DNA of 64,000 bases, taken from Auanema rhodensis. Lineage: Eukaryota; Animalia; Nematoda. The stretch lies in assembly GCA_964057225.1 (NCBI GenBank), contig OZ059896.1, positions 7,192,001-7,256,000 of the forward strand, written 5' to 3'. The notes below the pieces were generated by a model. The model searched no databases. It was not told where the DNA came from and saw only the letters and a program-made list of their open reading frames with translations. The first letter of the stretch is position 1; the number at the start of each line of letters is the position of its first letter. Position numbers and translations under genes: made by a program. Shown in pieces: positions 57,201 through 64,000 of the stretch.

Positions 57201-59357
57201 GTGAATATTTTAATTTGATCATAGTTGCAAATCTTGGAGTAAAGTGAACAATCACCGGGCACAACGTGACTACAGCCTGAACTTTTTTGTGAACAATTCT
57301 TGTGGATGGGGTCGATATAAACAATTTTTCCGTAAAATAGAAAGGTCCTCGTCAATTCTCTTTCAGAAATTCAGAATCTACACATCTGAATACCCAACCT
57401 GTGAATATTTTAATTTGATCATAGTTGCAAATCTTGGAGTAAAGTGAACAATCACCGGGCACAACGTGACTACAGCCTGAACTTTTTTGTGAACAATTCT
57501 TGTGGATGGGGTCGATATAAACAATTTTTCCGTAAAATAGAAAGGTCCTCGTCAATTCTCTTTCAGAAATTCAGAATCTACACATCTGAATACCCAACCT
57601 GTGGATATTTTAATTTGATCATAGTTGCTAATGTTGGAGTAAAGCGAACAATCACAGGGCACAACGTGACTACAGCCTGAACTTTTTTGTGAACAATTCT
57701 TGTGGATGGGGTCGATATAAACCCTTTTTCCGGAAAATAGAAAGGTCCTCGTCAATTTTCTTTTAGAAATTCAGAATCTACACATCTGAATACCCAACCT
57801 GTGAATATTTTAATTTGATCATAGTTGCAAATGTTGGAGTAAAGTGAACAATCACCGGGCACAACGTGACTACAGCCTGAACTTTTTTGTGAACAATTCT
57901 TGTGGATGGGGTCGATATAAACCCTTTTTCCGGAAAATAGAAAGGTCCTCGTCAATTTTCTTTTAGAAATTCAGAATCTACACATCTGAATACTCAACCT
58001 GTGAATATTTTAATTTGATCATAGTTGCAAATCTTGGAGTAAAGTGAACAATCACCGGGCACAACGTGACTACAGCCTGAACTTTTTTGTGAACAATTCT
58101 TGTGGATGGGGTCCAGATAAACCCTTTTTCCGGAAAATAGAAAAGTCCTCGTCAAATCTCTTTCAGAAATTCAGAATCTACACATCTGAATACCCAACCT
58201 GTGAATATTTTAATTTGATCATAGTTGCAAATCTTGGAGTAAAGTGAACAATCACCGGGCACAACGTGACTACAGGCTGAACTTTTTTGTGAACAATTCT
58301 TGTGGATGGGGTCGATATAAACCCTTTTTCCGGAAAATAGAAAGGTCTTCGTCAATTTTCTTTTAGAAATTCAGAATCTACACATCTGAATACCCAACCT
58401 GTGAATATTTTAATTTGATCATAATTGCAAATCTTGGAGTAAAGTGAACAATCACCGGGCACAACGTGACTACAGCCTGAACTTTTTTGTAAACAATTCT
58501 TGTGGATGGGGTCGAGATAAACCCTTTTTCCGTAAAATAGAAAGGTCCTCGTCAAATCTCTTTCAGAAATTCAGAATCTACACATCTGAATACCCAACCT
58601 GTGTATATTTTAATTTGATCATAGTTGCAAATCTTGGAGTAAAGTGAACAATCACCGGGCACAATGTGACTACAGCCTGAACTTTTTTGTGAACAATTCT
58701 TGTGGATGGGGTCGATATAAACCCTTTTTCCGGAAAATAGAAAGGTCTTCGTCAAATCTCTTTCAGAAATTCAGAATCTACACATCTGAATACCCAACCT
58801 GTGAATATTTTAATTTGATCATAATTGCAAATCTTGGAGTAAAGTGAACAATCACCGGGCACAACGTGACTACAGCCTGAACTTTTTTGTGAACAATTCT
58901 TGTGGATGGGGTCGATATAAACCCTTTTTCCGGAAAATAGAAAGGTCTTCGTCAATTTTCTTTTAGAAATTCAGAATCTACACATCTGAATACCCAACCT
59001 GTGAATATTTTAATTTGATCATAGTTGCAAATCTTGGAGTAAAGTGACCAATCACCGGGCACAACGTGACTACAGCCTGAACTTTTTTGTGAACAATTCT
59101 TGTGGATGGGGTCGAGATAAACCCTTTTTCCGTAAAATAGAAAGGTCTTCGTCAATTTTCTTTTAGAAATTCAGAATCTACACATCTGAATACCCAACCT
59201 GTGAATATTTTAATTTGATCATAATTGCAAATCTTGGAGTAAAGCTAACAATCACCGGGCACAACGTGACTACATCCTGAACTTTTTTGTGAACAATTCT
59301 TGTGGATGGGGTCCAGATAAACCCCTTTTCCGGAAAATAGAAAAGTCTTCGCCATTT
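21276..59357. repeat. 200-bp satellite DNA array, ~190 head-to-tail monomers (~38.1 kb), with higher-order repeats
   Basis: Exact 200-bp register over 38 kb; consensus begins CCTGAACTTTTTTGTGAACAATTCTTGTGGATGGGGTCGATATAAACCCTTTTTCCGGAAAATAG.. Confidence 0.99.
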
Positions 59358-59630
59358 CAAATCACAGCTATCCTTTTCGGGTAGTCCTGGTCCTCGGTCC
59401 TAGGCTCCTGGTCCTGGGCTCTTGGTCCTGGGGATCCTTCTCCTGAGGCTCCTCGATCCTCGGGCTCCTGATCCTCAGAGCTCCTTCGATAACCGAAAAA
59501 AAAATCGAAAACCGCCTCTGGGTTCTCGGTCCTGGTACTCGGTCCGGGAGCCCCTGATCCTCGGGCCCCATGATCCTCGGAGCTCCTTCGATAACCGAAA
59601 AAAAATTTCGAAAACCGCCCCTGGGTCTTC
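59358..59630. repeat. GC-rich spacer of the right direct repeat
   Basis: Homologous to 17679-17962; lacks one ~21-bp CGGTCCGGAGCCCCTGGTCTT subrepeat. Confidence 0.9.
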
Positions 59631-60058
59631 CTTGGTCCTCGGTCCTGGTGCTCCTGGTCCTCGCTCCTGGTGCTCCTGGTCCTCGGTCCTGGTGCTTCTG
59701 GTCCTGGTGCTCCTGGTCCTCGGTCCTGGTGCTCCTGGTCCTCGGTCCTGGTGCTCCTGGTCCTCGGTCCTGGTGCTCCTGGTCCTCGGTCCTGGTGCTC
59801 CTGGTCCTCGGTCCTGGTGCTCCTGGTCCTCAGTCCTGGTGCTCCTGGTCCTCAGTCCTGGTGCTCCTGGTCCTCAGTCCTGGTGCTCCTGGTCCTCAGT
59901 CCTGGTGCTCCTGGTCCTCAGTCCTGGTGCTCCTGGTCCTCAGTCCTGGTGCTCCTGGTCCTCAGTCCTGGTGCTCCTGGTCCTCAGTCCTGGTGCTCCT
60001 GGTCCTCAGTCCTGGTGCTCCTGGTCCTCAGTCCTGGTGCTCCTGGTCCTCAGTCCTG
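59631..60058. repeat. 22-bp minisatellite, right copy
   Basis: Same unit; the last 11 units carry CAGT instead of CGGT. Confidence 0.97.
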
Positions 60059-60591
60059 GGGGGTTCTGATTCTATAACTTTAGTCTTACCTTTTCCTTAT
60101 CAGTAACTTGTGGGATTCGAACTCGGACTGTTTGAGTGCCAGTCTGTCATCTTATCCTTTCGGCTATTGACCACATTTATATATAAAAGGTAACTATATG
60201 ATAAAATAAAAAATGGATATATCATATAAACCTTAAAGCAATATAGCTTCACTATGTGTGCTATGTTCAAGTCGTTATATCTCCTTAATTTGACAGTATT
60301 TTCAAATTTAAATTAGTTTTTCAGGTTCCACGGGTTTGATTTTATATAATTCAGTTCCAAAATACTTAATTTATAACTGTTAATTTTAAGTTTTCTTTAA
60401 AACCATACCAGAGAATAATACTCTTCAAAGTCGCGCTCCACTGATAATTGAGAATTCAGTTCAAATATTTAATTCATTTATTATTAATGTTTTTTATTTT
60501 AAATTAACGATTTTTCAATATATTGTTGTGATGTAGATAAAGGAAAATAGTAAACAAAATTAAAATATATATCACAGCAATGTATTGAAAA
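60059..60591. repeat. Unique AT-rich tail of the right direct repeat
   Basis: Identical to 18363-18895; ends at the duplicated 15-mer. Confidence 0.95.
60103..60174 (-). ncRNA. tRNA-derived Pol III internal promoter, right copy
   Basis: Identical to 18407-18478. Confidence 0.7.
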
Positions 60592-60605
60592 GCTGAAAAT
60601 TGAAC
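60591..60605. other. Right target-site duplication AGCTGAAAATTGAAC
   Basis: Identical to 17001-17015. Confidence 0.88.
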
Positions 60606-61113
60606 TTCTTATCCATTTTAAATATTATTTTCTTTTTTAAATAAAAAATTAACTATATTCTCTATGTACGTATGTAGATTATAAGAAAAATATATAAACA
60701 AACAGGCCTTATACATATGATATGAACGCGAACGTTCAAAATTTATGAAAATTTCAAATCTCATTTCAAACGGCTTGCGTTTAATCTGTTTCGGTAAAAA
60801 AAATAAATTGAATGATCGAAAACCACACTTATTGTCCGAAAATTGTTCTAACATTGATATCTTATTGATATATTTATAAATATACATATGTATATTCATT
60901 AAATTATTGGTATAATATACAATAAACATTCAAACTCGAACGATTATCCTGTATTACATATTGCATCGATAGTCTTAAAACGTTTTTTTGTGTTTGAAAT
61001 ATAAAGAATAATCATAAATCTATATCATCATGTTTCTTATGTAGTTTTAAAATATAGTATATAAAGCTTGAACGAGGACGTTATGAGACAATCATATCAG
61101 TTTCATATAAAGA

Positions 61114-61553
61114 ATGAAATATATTTTACTTCTTATTTTGATTTGTCTTCCACTTATTTATACAGCTCCAGTAAGTTTAATTATTATTAATTGTATAAAA
61201 CTATTTTACTATAGGCTGAATATGTAATTAAGAAAAAAGATCCACATTATAATGTATGTCGTGCTTTTGTACGTCAATATGATGATGGTAATTTTAAAAA
61301 AATCAATTTATATAAATATTATTTATTATTTATAGTTACTAATGTAAATACAGCTTGTTTTGAATATGACATGAAACTGTATTCGTTGCCAATTGAAATG
61401 CCTGAAGGAAGTTGTCAATTCGATATTCATGCTGGACCTGGGCATTTGCCATCTGATGTTACTATTCCAAATCATAAGTGTAACTCAAATTACGCTATTA
61501 CAAATTATGCTAATGCTCGTTGGAAAACTATTATGCAACCTTTTTATGGATAA
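61114..61553 (+). CDS. Small secreted protein, ~115 aa, 3 exons (61114-61170, 61215-61287, 61336-61553)
   Basis: Signal-peptide-like MKYILLLILICLPLIYTAP, then AEYVIKKKDPHYNVCRAFVRQYDD|VTNVNTACFEYDMKLYSLP..QPFYG*. GTAAGT/GTAATT donors and TATAG acceptors in phase; four Cys in the mature part; AATAAA at ~61624. Confidence 0.85.
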
Positions 61554-61819
61554 GAAAATCTTTTCTTTTCTGAGGTATAGAATCTAGTTGAGCTTTGTCT
61601 AATTGTTCATAGATTAGTTAAGAATAAATGCTTCTATCTTATCAAAGTTTCTAAGTTTAAAACAATAATTATTATATAGTAGTCCCTTTTACCAATTTCT
61701 ATATATGTAGTGATGATACACATTTCATCATATACATATGTATATGTGCATATATAATATATAATTAAGATATAATTTTAAAAATTAAATATTTGAACAA
61801 CATTCATTATTTGAAATAT

Positions 61820-63400
61820 TCAATCTGATTGTGTTGAATTTTCATAATCCCATTCAAATTCAGCTTCTTCATCCACACGCTTACAACATTTCTAAAACTT
61901 ATTTTTTGAATATAAATATGATAATTCGATGCTTTTAACCCTCATAATATTAATGGCTTCATCATAATTAGGCATTTCTTTCGAAGGACATTGCAACAGA
62001 AAATATAAAAAACAAATAAATTGTTTTGGCAAATAGTTTAACCTAAATAAATAAAATAAATTCATAATTCATTATAATGATCTTTACTTGATTTCAGTTG
62101 GATTCAGAAAATTCTTTTTCAATTTCATCGTTTCTTCTTGATCTATACAGTTTTTCCATGGTAATTCACCTTCTCCTAATTCAATTAAACTATAATACAA
62201 ACTCCATAAATCATCAATGGGTCCCTGAAATAATTTATAATTATAGTTATAACATATAGTTATTACCTGTTCTTGTCTTTCATGAACTGATACTGAAACA
62301 TAACGAGCTGTTCCTCGAAATGCTGCATATCTACGTTCACGTCTCCATTCCCCAGAATCTGTACGAAATTGCCTCACCAATCCTAAATATTTATCAATAT
62401 CATTTTATAAATATTAATTCATAATACCATAATCAACAAGAAATATAATTCGACGATGTTCTCCTATTCCAATACACATATTCGGAGGTTTAACATCTCT
62501 AAATTAAAAAATATTTAATTATATGTTATAAGAGCTATACCTATGTAAAAATCCTAATGTATGAACTGTACGTAAAGCTTGAATCATTTGAATTCCAACA
62601 CGAACTGTCTATATTTCTTATAAGAAATAATTTTAAATTCAATTAAAATACTTACAGTTAATGTTGATAAACGTTTGTTTATTGTTGATTTACGTAAATC
62701 AGATAAATTATTGCCAAGCATTTGCATTACAATGAAATTCGTACCATTTTGTGATCCACTATGATACTAAAGTTATTTTATAAGATATATTAATATAAAA
62801 TAATATTTATTATTATTATTTTTTTAATAAAAATATTATATTAACTTACTATTCGAGGAATATGCTTAGATCCCATTAACTTTGCTAATACCATTTGTTC
62901 TAATATGATTCTTTGAGCTTCAGCTTCTCGTAATTCAACTTTTACAGCAACTACTACTCCCGATCTCTAGGATTCAAAAATCTATTTTTTCAATTTATTA
63001 TTATACTATTAAGATCTGTTTTAACTATATTTAACAATTATTTCTCAAATCTAACCATGTCAACCGCTCTGTAGATTTGGCCAAAACCACCTCCACCAAT
63101 AAAGCTTTCAGTTTTATATTTTGAAGATAGAATTGTACCTTTTGCAAGATGTCTAGGAGCTGATTTTCCTCTAATCTATAAATTATAATATATGAATATT
63201 GATGTAATAAAATTTTATATTATTAATAAGAAATAAATATATAATTAATATAATTTACTTTTGATTGTTTAGCTGCTTCAATTATTTGCTTATTCCTATA
63301 TTCTCTTGCAGATTCAGTAGAATTATCAATTTTCTAAAGTTGATGTTATGATTATGTTTTATTCAGAAATATTTTAATAAAATTATACTTTTCGATTCAT
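61820..63400 (-). CDS. Tau-tubulin kinase-like / casein kinase 1 family Ser/Thr kinase; exons 63400-63389, 63333-63259, 63175-63056, 62966-62850, 62766-62656, 62608-62541, 62498-62428, 62382-62267, 62224-62088, 62042-61940, 61891-61820
   Basis: Spliced frame gives IGGGGFGQIY, VAVKVE, MQMLGNNLSDLR, GFLHRDVKPPN, LVDYGLVRQF, FRGTARYVS, DDLWSLYYSLIEL..GELPW, PNY and FEWD, which are CK1/TTBK hallmarks. All introns are GT-AG and in phase. The first micro-exon is the least certain. Confidence 0.93.
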
Positions 63401-63719
63401 ATTTAATATTGACCGACTGGTCAAATGTCAGTTAGTTAATATAAATGATAAATTTTGACGTAAATCTCACGTATTACATGTTATTATATTTTTTTTAAAT
63501 TTTATTATATTTTATATTATTTAAAATAATTTATTATATTCCCTCTTTCTTTCTTTCTTTCTTTCTTTATTTTGAATTTAATATCTAATTCATTTATTTG
63601 AATTTTCATTTCTAATGGATTCTGAATGCTTTGGATTGCAGCTGACACTACAATGATTCATATGTTGCCGTTTACGGTCAGCCATCTGCTGAAATAGAAT
63701 TCATTCAGCTAATTCGTTG

Positions 63720-63833
63720 GCACGTGGTCTCTCCGAATCAGCATGGTGATGACATCACACGTAGTCACGTGCTCTTTAGATTTACACGATATCTTATTTC
63801 GTTGAACAGAAGCGATGTTGCAAGCACGTGCAC
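63720..63833. promoter_or_regulatory. Cluster of E-boxes and a CRE-like palindrome upstream of the kinase
   Basis: CACGTG at 63721, 63766 and 63825; GTGATG-A-CATCAC at 63746-63758; sits in a GC-richer island. Confidence 0.35.
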
Positions 63834-64000
63834 TAAAGTTCCGCTTTCATCGTTTTCTTTGCTTTATTCTGGAAAAAAAATATTTTGAAAAGCATAAATT
63901 ATAAGTTTATAATTATTTCTTTAAATTTAAATTTAATTTAAATTTTTTTTATAAATAAAAAACTTCAACGTCATTCTCATAAACCTATTGTTTCAATATT

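Larger units (their letters stand above)
17016..60590. mobile_element. 43.6-kb non-autonomous composite insertion with long direct repeats, each containing a 200-bp satellite array
   Basis: 15-bp flanking duplication. The module satellite/GC spacer/22-bp repeats/tRNA-like head/AT-rich tail occurs twice (17011-18895 and 21276-60591). No coding capacity found. Confidence 0.8.

Noticed and set aside
21276-59357. Hundreds of 63-125 aa ORFs in the 200-bp array
   Set aside because: They recur only because of the periodicity, mostly use non-ATG starts, and are freely broken by stop-creating variants on both strands.
21276-59357. CRISPR array
   Set aside because: Eukaryotic DNA, no unique spacers, no cas genes.
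17011-60590. Hammerhead ribozyme (retrozyme or Penelope pLTR hallmark)
   Set aside because: Minus-strand CTGAGGA (minisatellites) and TTGACGA (satellite) resemble the CUGANGA core, but no properly placed stem II-GAAA and NUH site could be built by eye. An Infernal/RNAMotif search would settle it.
17016-60590. Canonical LTR retrotransposon, TIR transposon/Maverick, or Helitron
   Set aside because: No TG..CA termini, PBS or gag/pol; no terminal inverted repeats; no CTRR 3' end; and the long TSD fits none of them.
17011-60590. rDNA intergenic spacer, 5S/SL1 repeat or telomeric repeat
   Set aside because: No rRNA sequence, no SL1 (GGTTTAATTACCCAAGTTTGAG) and no (TTAGGC)n arrays seen.

Overview
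AT-rich nematode genomic DNA (cuticle collagen, TTTCAG acceptors, ~45-85 nt introns). Host genes: part of an unidentified minus-strand multi-exon gene running off the left edge, a dpy-13/col-1-type cuticle collagen (-, 15285-16218), a small 3-exon secreted protein (+, 61114-61553) and an 11-exon tau-tubulin-kinase/CK1-family kinase (-, 61820-63400). About 68% of the window is one 43.6-kb non-coding insertion (17016-60590) flanked by a 15-bp direct repeat, AGCTGAAAATTGAAC, which reads as a target-site duplication. The insertion is a partial tandem of one module: [200-bp satellite]-[GC spacer]-[22-bp minisatellite]-[tRNA-derived Pol III promoter, minus strand]-[AT-rich unique DNA]. A unique segment with a CCAAT/TATA/Inr-like promoter and a 30-bp CCT/CGG minisatellite lies between the two copies. 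The left copy carries ~3.3 satellite monomers. The right copy carries ~190 monomers (38 kb) with higher-order repeats, yet the unique parts of the two copies look identical. This looks like a non-autonomous mobile or amplifying element that carries, and may transcribe, its own satellite. No transposase or reverse transcriptase is encoded, so the mechanism is inferred. The ORF-track entries inside the repeats are artefacts.
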